From a virus (lineage: Duplodnaviria; Caudoviricetes): a stretch of DNA of 64,000 nucleotides. Each line of letters opens with the position of its first letter. Within the stretch, counting starts at the first letter, position 1. The position numbers and the translations under genes are program-made. Below are positions 1-8,566 of this stretch, piece after piece. The notes under the pieces are model-generated. The model saw only the letters and a list, made by a program, of their open reading frames with translations. It was not told the DNA's origin and did not search any database. The stretch is from the IMG/VR virus record IMGVR_UViG_3300033405_000003. One strand, 5' to 3'.

Positions 1-179
1 CTCGTCCGCTTCGAGGGCGGCCTCGGCTCGATGATGCTCGCCGAGGACAAACACGTCGCGCTCGATGCCGTCTTCGCGATCCAGCTCCTTGTCCTCGTCG
101 TCGGCGTGCTCCAGGATCTCGCGCTCTCGTGGCTTCGGCGCATCCTCTGCCCGTATGCGAGCCTCACGCTGGAGCGACA

Positions 180-404
180 ATGACGGAACCGTCGAAAAAG
201 ACACACGGCGCTGACGCACTCGACTCGATGCTCCCGACTGAACTACTCACAATCGCCGGGTGGCTGGAGGCTCGCGTGAAAGAGATGAGACCCGACCGCT
301 CTTCCATCCAAGAAGAATACGGCTGCGATCTCGTCATGCTTCTCGACAATCTCGCCAAATCCATCCTCCTTGACCGGGCAGAGAAGAAGGCGAAGTCCAG
401 ATGA
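180..404 (+). CDS. hypothetical protein
   Basis: ATG at 180 after GGAG; stop overlaps next start. Confidence 0.5.
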   Translation: MTEPSKKTHGADALDSMLPTELLTIAGWLEARVKEMRPDRSSIQEEYGCDLVMLLDNLAKSILLDRAEKKAKSR

Positions 405-808
405 ATCCCAAGCAGCTCAACGACGCCATCGACCAGTACTTCACACTCGAGAAAGCCATCAAAGAGGCTCTCGGGTGGGTCGACAGTTGGAAAGTGATCC
501 CGCTCGAGGATGAGCGCGATTCCTACTGGATGGTTGCCGGTGGTGACAAGCTCACTGGCAGGGGCTCCTCGATTGTTCGTTCGCCGAAACCCATCACGTC
601 GGCCATGGCCGAGGAAGGTAAGGAGATCTACAGCGGCCACGTCTACACCCAGCGCGACCACGACTGCTGGATCCTGAGAGCCGGGAACGACGTGCTCGTC
701 CCAGTCGACACGCAGACCGACGGCAACATTTTCCTCTACCTGCTCGACGCCGCGAAGGAGATTCACGACGTGGATGCCGAACAGAATTATCTCGAGTGCT
801 GGGGTTGA
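401..808 (+). CDS. hypothetical phage-type protein
   Basis: 135 aa ORF with globular composition, ATGA overlap. Confidence 0.7.
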   Translation: MNPKQLNDAIDQYFTLEKAIKEALGWVDSWKVIPLEDERDSYWMVAGGDKLTGRGSSIVRSPKPITSAMAEEGKEIYSGHVYTQRDHDCWILRAGNDVLVPVDTQTDGNIFLYLLDAAKEIHDVDAEQNYLECWG

Positions 809-835
809 GAATCACGAAAGAGAAGGAGAGAGAAC

Positions 836-1210
836 ATGATCAAGGGTCAAGTCCATTCGAAGTTCAAGGTGTTCATCTCAGAAGCCGGGATGCCGTACGG
901 AGATGCGATGCACAAGATCGCCACCGAGGTCGAGAAATTCTCTTGTACCGGTACTACGGCGATCAAGAGTGTGGGTGTCGAGTACCTCGAAAGCTCGAAG
1001 CAGCTCGTGCTGTCACTCGGTTATCGCGACGGCGAGACGGGTTATCCCGTCAAGCTCACGACTGTTTTGCTCGGTTCTCTCGATCTCGATCCCGAGGAGA
1101 TCGAGGAGATGATGAGCAAGACAGCGGACACTGTCGAGAACGTCATCTGCCACGAGTTCTTCGTCACGGGCGACGGTCAGTTCGTGATGGTGCTCCTCTC
1201 GCACGGATGA
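836..1210 (+). CDS. hypothetical protein
   Basis: 124 aa, strong AAGGAG RBS. Confidence 0.75.
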   Translation: MIKGQVHSKFKVFISEAGMPYGDAMHKIATEVEKFSCTGTTAIKSVGVEYLESSKQLVLSLGYRDGETGYPVKLTTVLLGSLDLDPEEIEEMMSKTADTVENVICHEFFVTGDGQFVMVLLSHG

Positions 1211-1213
1211 CAA

Positions 1214-2080
1214 GTGCAAATCGAGGCTTTTCATCCGATCGGGCAGAACGGTGCTCGCGTCTCCTACGAGTTGAAGGACGTTCTCGTCAGCATCAAGGAC
1301 ATCGGACTCGCGTACGGTGGCAGGCCCATCCTCGCGAACCTCTCGGCGGAGGTTCGCGACATCGTTCGACCGGGTTGCGTGACGGGGCAGGTCGTCGGCA
1401 TCCTCGGACCGTCGGGTGTTGGCAAGACGCAGCTCTCGCGCATCATGACGGGCTTGCAGGAGCCGACGTCTGGCGAGATCCGCGTCGGAGCCGGTGACAA
1501 GAGCGAGAGAGTGCACGCGGGGCTCGTCGGCTACGTCGCGCAAAAATATCCGCTCCTTCGACACCGCACGGTGCTCGGCAATCTCGTCACAGCATCGAGA
1601 CGCGCGGGCGCAAGTGCGGCGGAGGCGAAGGACAAGTCGATGGACTTCCTCAAGCGCTTCGACCTCTCGGACAAATGGGATAGCTACCCGGCGGAGCTTT
1701 CTGGCGGCCAGCAGCAGCGCGTCGCCATCGCGCAGCAGCTCCTCTGCTCGGAGCACTTCCTCATCCTCGACGAGCCGACGACGGGGCTCGACCCGCTCAT
1801 GAAGGACAAGGTCTGCGCCCTCGTCCGGCAGGTTGCTTCGATCTCGGAGGAGAACACGATCTTCGTCGTGACGCACGACATCGCGGCCATCCTCACGATC
1901 GCCGATCATCTGTGGCTCCTCGGGCGCGACCGCGACGCCCAAGGCGCTTCGCTCGGCGCTCGCATCCAGCACCACTACGACCTCATCGAGCGCGGGCTCG
2001 CATGGCGCGACGACCCGCAGGCGCTGCCGGCGTTCGCGGAGACGATGCGCGAGGTCCGCGCGAGGTTTCAGGAGCTATGA
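1214..2080 (+). CDS. ABC transporter ATP-binding protein (nitrate/sulfonate-like)
   Basis: Walker A GPSGVGKT, signature LSGGQQQR, Walker B ILDEP, H-loop VTHD. Confidence 0.93.
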   Translation: MQIEAFHPIGQNGARVSYELKDVLVSIKDIGLAYGGRPILANLSAEVRDIVRPGCVTGQVVGILGPSGVGKTQLSRIMTGLQEPTSGEIRVGAGDKSERVHAGLVGYVAQKYPLLRHRTVLGNLVTASRRAGASAAEAKDKSMDFLKRFDLSDKWDSYPAELSGGQQQRVAIAQQLLCSEHFLILDEPTTGLDPLMKDKVCALVRQVASISEENTIFVVTHDIAAILTIADHLWLLGRDRDAQGASLGARIQHHYDLIERGLAWRDDPQALPAFAETMREVRARFQEL

Positions 2081-2511
2081 GCGAGCGCACGCAGACCCTC
2101 GAGAACGCCGCGTCGCGCGCGCTCCTCGACTTCGTCAAGGATCCGACCGAGGCCAAGGCCAACGCAGCCGACAACGTCGTCTGGCGCATCGCCGAGGCCG
2201 TGGTCGCCAAGGTCGCCGAGAACCTGACGAGCGAGATCGAGGCCGTACGGCGCGTCGCGTGCGCCGAGCCCACCGAGACGATGACGAACGCCGTCAAGCG
2301 CCTCGCCCGCGAGCGGGACGCCATCCACAAGAAGTACAGGAAGGCCCAGGAGGCCTGGGAGGAGGAGCGGCAGAAGACGGAGGTCGTCATCGAGGCCGCG
2401 TACGAGTTCGCGGACTCCCTTTCGGACGAGCACTCCTGCAAGCGCGACGGGGACGAGTGCCCGAGGTGCCGGCTCGTCTACGCGCTCGGCGATCTCGAGG
2501 AGGAACCATGA
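2077..2511 (+). CDS. coiled-coil hypothetical protein with C-terminal Cys cluster
   Basis: MSERTQ start overlapping the ABC stop; HSC...CPRC. Confidence 0.65.
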   Translation: MSERTQTLENAASRALLDFVKDPTEAKANAADNVVWRIAEAVVAKVAENLTSEIEAVRRVACAEPTETMTNAVKRLARERDAIHKKYRKAQEAWEEERQKTEVVIEAAYEFADSLSDEHSCKRDGDECPRCRLVYALGDLEEEP

Positions 2512-2762
2512 CTGAACGCGGAGCTACGAGCGGCGTCAACCTCCATGAGTGGGAACGGATCGAGGACGTGGAGAACGTCCCCTTCACCGCGCCAGACGCG
2601 CCCGACATGATCGCGTCGTGGCGGTGCAAGAAATGCAACTGGACGGTCCACCAGCCCGTCGAGATTGGCGAGCCCCCACCGCCGGACAAGAGGCTCTACC
2701 GCAAGCTCCCGGGCCGACCCGAGGAGTGGTACAGTTGTGACGAAATTCGAGGATTGAAATGA
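2508..2762 (+). CDS. small Zn-finger-like protein
   Basis: MTERG start after GAGG; WRCKKC. Confidence 0.55.
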   Translation: MTERGATSGVNLHEWERIEDVENVPFTAPDAPDMIASWRCKKCNWTVHQPVEIGEPPPPDKRLYRKLPGRPEEWYSCDEIRGLK

Positions 2763-2953
2763 GTGCGCGGAGGGAGCAGCAGCTCGTCGACATCTGCTTC
2801 ACGTGCGTCCTCACGGTCCTCGACCCGGAGTACGTCGAGGGGTTCGCCAAGATGACGCAGGAAGAGAAGGCCGCCTGGGTCGCGAGACAGCTCCGCTCGT
2901 GCGGGTTCGACACCGAGCCCGTCGGGGCGTCCTGGGGAGTTCTCAAATCGTGA
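2759..2953 (+). CDS. hypothetical protein
   Basis: 64 aa, ATGA overlap. Confidence 0.6.
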   Translation: MSARREQQLVDICFTCVLTVLDPEYVEGFAKMTQEEKAAWVARQLRSCGFDTEPVGASWGVLKS

Positions 2954-2975
2954 TGATCGCCCTACGTCGAGGACC

Positions 2976-3307
2976 ATGCTGAGCGACCTCAAGGCCGTCG
3001 AGGCCGTGCTCGCGCGCGCCGCGTGCCCCGAGGACGTGTTCGGGCAGCTCGCCGGCGACAAGCTCGCGGCCCTCAGGAAGGCCTACCACCGCATCGCGCT
3101 CATCGTGCACCCGGACAAGTACGACGGGGAGGCCGAGGCGGCGGCTCTCGCCGCAGAGGTCTTCGGCAAGCTCTCCGACTGGCGGGCGAAGGCCGAGTCG
3201 AAGATCAACGGGAAGACTTACGGCGACAACAAGCCGCACGACCCGCCGCCCGCGCGGCCCAGGATGGCCCCGCAGGTCATCCAGACCCCGAAGCGCAAGT
3301 ACGTCGT
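2976..3307 (+). pseudogene. truncated J-domain (DnaJ-like) protein
   Basis: LRKAYHRIALIVHPDK (HPD motif); coherent sequence ends at the inversion junction ~3307. Confidence 0.8.
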
Positions 3308-3643
3308 GTCATCCGCCGAGAGGTTGTCCCACTCCCAGCCATCGGTCGGCATCGGACCCGCCCCGTGGCGCGTGCAGTACGACCTGAGGACGCCGAGCCG
3401 CTCGGCGCGGCGCCTGTACCCCGCGGAGGTAAGAAGCTTCTCCGCGTTCTCGAACGTGCACGTGCTCCAGGTCGTGTGGGGGTGGAAGCCCCACCACTCG
3501 TCCAGGAGGACCCCCTGCGCGCCCTCGAAGACGACGTGGCCGCTCCCCGCAAGCTCGCGCGCGAGGAAGGTCTCGTCGACGATGTTCGCCCGCGCCGCGA
3601 AGTCCTCGTAGGCGGCGATGACGTCATCCACGACCGAGTGGTC
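3308..3643 (-). pseudogene. inverted central fragment of adenylosuccinate synthetase-like gene
   Basis: VVFEGAQGVLLD, HPHTTWS and TRHGAGPMPT motifs on the minus strand, no own start. Confidence 0.85.
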
Positions 3644-4045
3644 CACAACAAGACCGGCCCGTGGCAGGAGAACTTCCGCTCGGGCCCGCTGGACCTCGTG
3701 CTCGCCCGCTACGCACTCGGCGTCATCGGCTGGTGCGACGGGCTTGCGGTCACGCACGTCGACAAGTTCGTCTCGAGGGGCGTGATGCCTGTGTGCTGGG
3801 AGTACCGGCACGGGGGCCGCGTCTTGAAGGACCTCGAGAGGACGATCCCGAACGACCTTCGCGCCCAGGAGGCGCTCGGGCGCATACTGTGGGAAGTCGA
3901 GCCCATCCTCGAGATGACGAAGGCCGGCGTGCGCGCCGAGCACGCGCTCGTGATCGGCGAGGCCCTCGGGACCCCCGTCGCGCTCACGTCGGGCGGCAAG
4001 ACCGCGTCGTCGAAGACGGAAGTGCGGCGCCTGGTAGAATCATAG
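3644..4045 (+). pseudogene. C-terminal fragment of adenylosuccinate synthetase-like gene
   Basis: HNKTGPWQENFRSGPLD...LAVTHVD...PVALTSGG; continues the inverted fragment. Confidence 0.8.
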
Positions 4046-4048
4046 GCG

Positions 4049-4642
4049 ATGAGCCGGCTCGGCCTCACCCACCACGCCATCGAGCAGTTCGCCTCCCGCT
4101 GGCGCTCGGGGGTGCCGGAGGCCGAGGTCGAGGCCGAGCTTCAGGCCGTCGTCCAGGGCGCGGCTGCCACCCGCCGGCGGACGCTGAGCGGCGACGCCCG
4201 CATCTACGTGGCGTCCACCGCGCGCGGCGAGGAGATCGACCTCGTCGTCCGCGACACCGCCGTCATCACGGTCCTCTCGAGCGACCACAAGAAAAGAGGG
4301 ATCGCGGACCGCGCGATCGACTCGATCGATCTCGAGATCTACGAGGAGCACTTGGCCGATCTCCGCGCCACCCAGGCCATGACGAGCGATGGGCAGAAAG
4401 GACGCGAAGAGAAGAACGCCGACTCCCGGGCGCCCGGACAAAAAATCGCCAGGAAGCAGCGCACCCTGTCGAGCACCTGGGAGAACCGGAAGAACCAGGC
4501 GAGGAAGGTCATCTCCGATTGGAGGAGCGGGCACAAGTTCACGAACAAAGCGCTCAAGAAGGCCCACGAGGTGCTCGATCTCGAGTTCGGGCCGGAAGGG
4601 AGGACGGACCATGGGGACGCGGACCGCGAGGATCAGTCGTAG
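4049..4642 (+). CDS. hypothetical protein, N-terminus resembling RelE/DUF4258-like RNase folds
   Basis: LTHHAIEQF...LVVRDTAVITVL pattern; weak. Confidence 0.55.
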   Translation: MSRLGLTHHAIEQFASRWRSGVPEAEVEAELQAVVQGAAATRRRTLSGDARIYVASTARGEEIDLVVRDTAVITVLSSDHKKRGIADRAIDSIDLEIYEEHLADLRATQAMTSDGQKGREEKNADSRAPGQKIARKQRTLSSTWENRKNQARKVISDWRSGHKFTNKALKKAHEVLDLEFGPEGRTDHGDADREDQS

Positions 4643-4718
4643 GCTCTTCTGGAGGATCGCGGCGCTGCCGAGCCGGCTCGTGCTCGGCCCGATCTGGCGC
4701 AAGCTCATCACGTCGTGA

Positions 4719-5024
4719 TTGCGTGCCGTCAGTCCGACGGTGTACGCTTCGCGCATGTCCCTCCAGCCCGACACGTGCGCGTACTGCGCGTCGACCATGA
4801 CGATGACCCAGCAGGCGTTCGAGAAGAAGCTCCCGCCGCCCGAGGCGATCCGGAACGGCCTGCTCCTCGGGGTCGTCCTCGGCGAGCACGGCGGCGAGAA
4901 CCCGGCATGCGACTACTGCCGCGAGTTCCTCGAGAGCGTCCGCAACCAGGCGGCGCAGTTCCAGGCGATGCAGGAGGCCGAGGAGGCGGGGGACGCGGCC
5001 CAGGAGCCCGCCCCGCAGACATGA
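4719..5024 (+). CDS. Zn-binding hypothetical protein (start uncertain)
   Basis: CAYC and CDYC pairs. Confidence 0.55.
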   Translation: MRAVSPTVYASRMSLQPDTCAYCASTMTMTQQAFEKKLPPPEAIRNGLLLGVVLGEHGGENPACDYCREFLESVRNQAAQFQAMQEAEEAGDAAQEPAPQT

Positions 5025-5051
5025 CGCCGCGCAAGGGTTAAGCTGGGAGCC

Positions 5052-5282
5052 ATGTCGAACTTCGGACCTCCCCAGATCTTCCCGCCCGTGCCCATCAACG
5101 AGCCGGGCGCCCCCGGCAGCATCGCCGCGCCCGCGACCGAGGACGGCCTCCCCGTCTTCGTCCCCCAGGACATCGCGCCCGCGCTCGCCTCGAAGACGAC
5201 CGTACCACTCGGGCCGCCGTCGCCCGCCGACCCGGTGTTCGCGCCGCCGATCGTGCTCGAGGTCGACCCGGAGACGCTCTGA
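5052..5282 (+). CDS. Pro-rich hypothetical protein
   Basis: 76 aa, GGAG RBS. Confidence 0.55.
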   Translation: MSNFGPPQIFPPVPINEPGAPGSIAAPATEDGLPVFVPQDIAPALASKTTVPLGPPSPADPVFAPPIVLEVDPETL

Positions 5283-5904
5283 TGCCCGGGTCGATCAACG
5301 GCAGGCTTGTCGCCCAGTTCCCGACGAACGGCAAGAAAGAGGAAGAGATGACCATCGGTCGCGACCCCTACAGGACTGCTCCCCCGAGGCCCGTCGGCGT
5401 CGAGGACATATCGGTGCCGCCGAGCGCGCTCGAGCCGGTCAAGACCATGAGCGAGGAGGCCAAGCGCGCCTCCGTCCTCGACATCGACGACGACTGGCCC
5501 GCGAGCGTCTCGCGCGACACGCCCGACAAGCTCTCGGCCGAGACGAGGGCGCACACGTTCTTCGTCCGGACCAAGAGGCCCGGTCTCATGGCGAACATCG
5601 ACGTGCTCGGGTTCATCGCCAAGTGCCCCGACGTCGGCGACGGGCAGGGCGTCACCGTGCACCGCGACGTGATCCAGTCGCTCGCGTACTCGCGTACCAC
5701 CTGCTCGACAAGGTCCACGAGCTGGAGGAGCTTCGCGCGAAGAAGGCCGGGGAGGCGGGCAAAGCCGAGCCGCGCTACGACGAGAGGCTCTCGAGGGCGC
5801 TCGACCAGCTCGGCGACAGGGACGCGGAGATCAAGGAGCTGCGCGCCGCGCTCGGCGAGTCGGCCGTCAAGATCCGGCGACTCGAGAGCAAGCTCTACAA
5901 GTGA
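5282..5904 (+). pseudogene. frameshifted coiled-coil protein (start 5282 or 5348)
   Basis: 8-bp tandem duplication CTCGCGTA at 5681-5696 separates two coherent frames. Confidence 0.7.
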
Positions 5905-5911
5905 CCCGCGG

Positions 5912-6208
5912 TCAGCGCCGCTGCCAGGGCAGGTAACCCGCGAGGCGGTCGCCGAACTGGTTCATCGCGCGCTGGCGCGCCTCGCACGGCGTGCACGGCT
6001 GGATGCCGACGGCCTTCGTCACGCGCGCGACCGCGTCCCCGAGCGGGAGGCGGCTCCGGAACTGGGCCTGGTACTGCCGCGTGAGGCCGAGCGCGTCCTC
6101 GGGCGAAAGCTCGAGCCGCGCGCCGTGCTCGTCCACGGCGTAGGCCGGCGCCGTCGCCATCCCGTACCCGTCGTCGAGGATACTCCCGTCGGGAGCGACG
6201 TAGAGCAT
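5912..6208 (-). CDS. small phage protein with GD-x-V...GIxPCxxC-x2-R motif
   Basis: LGDAVARVTKAVGIQPCTPCEARQRAMN. Confidence 0.7.
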   Translation of the reverse strand: MLYVAPDGSILDDGYGMATAPAYAVDEHGARLELSPEDALGLTRQYQAQFRSRLPLGDAVARVTKAVGIQPCTPCEARQRAMNQFGDRLAGYLPWQRR

Positions 6209-6222
6209 TTCTCAAAATCCCT

Positions 6223-6795
6223 TCATGATGGCGTCACCTCGACCCTCTTGACCTTCCTCACGAGCAGGTACCCGACGACGCCGAGCCCGGCGAGCAGGGA
6301 GGCCGCGACCACGGCCCCGCCGACCTTCGAGGCCGTGGAGCGGAACGCGAAGAGTTCCTTGAGCGTGCTCTCGCCCGTGTCGAGCATCCCCTTGCCGATG
6401 GGGAAGAGCTTGTCCGCGTAGTGCTGGAGGCTCGCCGCCGGCGTCTTGCTGCAGATGGTGCAGCCCCAAGGCGAGCCCGCGACGGCGCGGAGCGTCTCGT
6501 CGGGCGGCGCGCTGCGCTTGAGGGCTGCCGTGATGGCGCTCATGTTCGACTGCGCGAGCGTCCTCGCGGTCGCCTCGATCCCCTGGTCCCAGCTCGAGTA
6601 TGCCTGCACGCCGACCGGCGTCACGGGGTGGCTGCCGGGGAGCTTCAGCGTCGTGTTGATGGGGTTGTAGGCGGCGGCGTTCGCCATGTGCCCGCCCTCG
6701 TTCGCCTGGAACGCGACGAGCGCGGCCACGTTATTCGCGCTCTCCGGGAGCCCGAGCCGCGCGAGGACCGCGTGCGCGAAGTCGGACGGGGTCAC
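6223..6795 (-). CDS. lysozyme-like muralytic protein with C-terminal TM anchor
   Basis: E-GG...YNPINTT...GVQAYSSWDQGIEAT; hydrophobic C-terminal helix. Confidence 0.6.
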   Translation of the reverse strand: MTPSDFAHAVLARLGLPESANNVAALVAFQANEGGHMANAAAYNPINTTLKLPGSHPVTPVGVQAYSSWDQGIEATARTLAQSNMSAITAALKRSAPPDETLRAVAGSPWGCTICSKTPAASLQHYADKLFPIGKGMLDTGESTLKELFAFRSTASKVGGAVVAASLLAGLGVVGYLLVRKVKRVEVTPS

Positions 6796-6796
6796 G

Positions 6797-7297
6797 TCAC
6801 ACCCCCGCGGCGTGGGCGGCCTGCGCCGTAATCGCGCCGCGCTCGCGGGCGGGGCCGATGAGCGCGAGGGCCTTGTTGTACTCGCGGTTCGTGAGCGCCG
6901 GCCCGAACGGCGAGCGCCGCCGCTGCTGCACGACCCGCGTCGCAGTCCTGCCGTCGCAGCCGGTCATGCGCGCGAAGGTGAGCGCCGCGACGAAGCCGGA
7001 TCGGTTCCGGCCCTGCATGCACGTGACGAGCACGCCCTTGTGCCTCCGGAGCGCGGTCGTGAGAGCCTCGGAGGCCGCGATCGATCGCGCGATCTGCGCG
7101 TGGGTGAGCGGCGAGCCGTCGTCGATGAGCGGCACCCGGACGACGTACATCCCGGGGAACGCCTCGTGCGGCGGTTGGTGCTCCTCCGCGCAGAGCGCGA
7201 GCACGGAGAACCCGGTGCTGGCGAGCGTGTGGCCGGTGGGCGGGGCGCTCCCCACCCAGAGGCCGTCGCAGATGAAGCTGGCGTCGATGGTCCGCAT
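6797..7297 (-). CDS. dual-specificity protein phosphatase
   Basis: CX5R loop VLVTCMQGRNRSG; PLIDD general-acid loop. Confidence 0.9.
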   Translation of the reverse strand: MRTIDASFICDGLWVGSAPPTGHTLASTGFSVLALCAEEHQPPHEAFPGMYVVRVPLIDDGSPLTHAQIARSIAASEALTTALRRHKGVLVTCMQGRNRSGFVAALTFARMTGCDGRTATRVVQQRRRSPFGPALTNREYNKALALIGPARERGAITAQAAHAAGV

Positions 7298-7300
7298 CGC

Positions 7301-7495
7301 TCAGACCACCTTGTCGACCTTGTCGGCGGCCGATTCGAGGATCTTCGCGATCTTCTCCCAGGGGCGGCCCGCGCCCGGGTCCTGCCAGGCGCTCTCCAGC
7401 TCGCTCGCCGCCTCGTAGTAGGTCGCAGCCGCGTTGCGGAGGATCCGCGCCACCTTGTCCGGGTGGTCGACGTCGAGGTCGAGGTCCCTCGGCAT
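7301..7495 (-). CDS. hypothetical protein
   Basis: 64 aa helical ORF, TGATG coupling. Confidence 0.65.
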   Translation of the reverse strand: MPRDLDLDVDHPDKVARILRNAAATYYEAASELESAWQDPGAGRPWEKIAKILESAADKVDKVV

Positions 7496-7644
7496 CAGCG
7501 GCTCCGGCGGTGCTTAGCCTTGCGCTTGTGGCCGCCGCTGGCGCGCCTGAGCGCCTCGCCGGCGCGGTGGTACTCGCGTTTGGCTGCCGTGTAGGCCGCG
7601 CGGAGCGAGCCGTGGTGGCGACGGGTCTTGCGTTTCTTTGCCAT
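7495..7644 (-). CDS. protamine-like basic peptide (49 aa, absent from ORF track)
   Basis: MAKKRKTRRHHGSLRAAYTAAKREYHRAGEALRRASGGHKRKAKHRRSR; AAGGAG RBS. Confidence 0.75.
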   Translation of the reverse strand: MAKKRKTRRHHGSLRAAYTAAKREYHRAGEALRRASGGHKRKAKHRRSR

Positions 7645-7675
7645 GATCTTCTTCTCCTTCTTCATGCGCGCGGCG

Positions 7676-8566
7676 TCAAGACGTCGCGTTCTTCGTGGCC
7701 CCGTTCGGGGCCGAGACGTTCACGGCCGGCTGCGGCTGCGACTGCTGCATCACTTGCGTCGCGGTCTCGGGCGCGGCCTGGACCACTGGCGCCTGCGACG
7801 GCGGCGGGACGTACGCGCCGGGCGGGACGCCGTACGCAGCCTGGGCCGGAGCTGCGCCCGGCACGTACGGGGGGACGTACGCGCCGCCTTGCTGCGGCTG
7901 CTGCATCGGTTGGTTCGGCTGGTTCGACATAGGACCGAGCGGCATGGGCTGCGCCCGAAGGAGCGCTGCTGCGGCCTGCTTCGGGTCGCGGTAGTCGACG
8001 GGGCCTTGCGGCATCTCGGGCAGTGGTTGCTGCTGCTGCGGCTGCGCATACTGCCCTCCTCGCTGCTGCTCGGCGGGGCCCGGCCCGTAGGCTCCGCCTC
8101 CGGGCTGCGGGTAGGAGCCCTGCTGCGGGTATCCCGGCTGCTGCGGGTATTGGCCCGGTTGCTGCGGGTACTGCTGCTGCGGGTAGCCCGGCCCGAGCTG
8201 CGGCGGCGGGCGGCGCATCGGAGCCCTCGGTCCGCGGCCCATGAGGAACCGCTTCAGCTCGTCCTGCCAGTCAAGCTCGCCCTTCATGATGTTCTCGAGG
8301 TTCTGCTTCTTGGCCTCCCCCTTCGCGAAGAGGATGGCGAGGTGCTCGCCCATGGCGGGAGGGAGCTGCTCGCCCTCGAACGCCAGCGCGAGGTCGCCGA
8401 GGCCCGCGTCGAGCTTCATGAGCGCCTCCTGCTGGAACATGTAGCGCCTCTCGCTCTGGCCGATGAGCGCCATGAGCAGGCGCGGCGGGGCGTAGGCGCC
8501 CATGTCTTGGCGGCCGAGGCGCGCGTCCATGGGGCGGGGCGGGGGCGGCGGAAAGTTTCGGTTCAT
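7676..8566 (-). CDS. Pro/Gln/Gly-rich protein
   Basis: Start MNRNFPPPP overlaps the radA stop; YPQQPG repeats. Confidence 0.75.
   Translation of the reverse strand: MNRNFPPPPPRPMDARLGRQDMGAYAPPRLLMALIGQSERRYMFQQEALMKLDAGLGDLALAFEGEQLPPAMGEHLAILFAKGEAKKQNLENIMKGELDWQDELKRFLMGRGPRAPMRRPPPQLGPGYPQQQYPQQPGQYPQQPGYPQQGSYPQPGGGAYGPGPAEQQRGGQYAQPQQQQPLPEMPQGPVDYRDPKQAAAALLRAQPMPLGPMSNQPNQPMQQPQQGGAYVPPYVPGAAPAQAAYGVPPGAYVPPPSQAPVVQAAPETATQVMQQSQPQPAVNVSAPNGATKNATS

Noticed and set aside
1214-2080. Genome-packaging ATPase
   Set aside because: Canonical LSGGQ transporter-type ABC; no FtsK/HerA or terminase features
3308-3643. Programmed invertible switch (shufflon)
   Set aside because: No recombinase in the window, only ~6 bp microhomology, and neither orientation gives a complete gene
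3308-4045. PurZ (2-aminoadenine genome) system
   Set aside because: The diagnostic N-terminal P-loop region is missing, the gene is broken, and no DatZ/MazZ-like partner is visible
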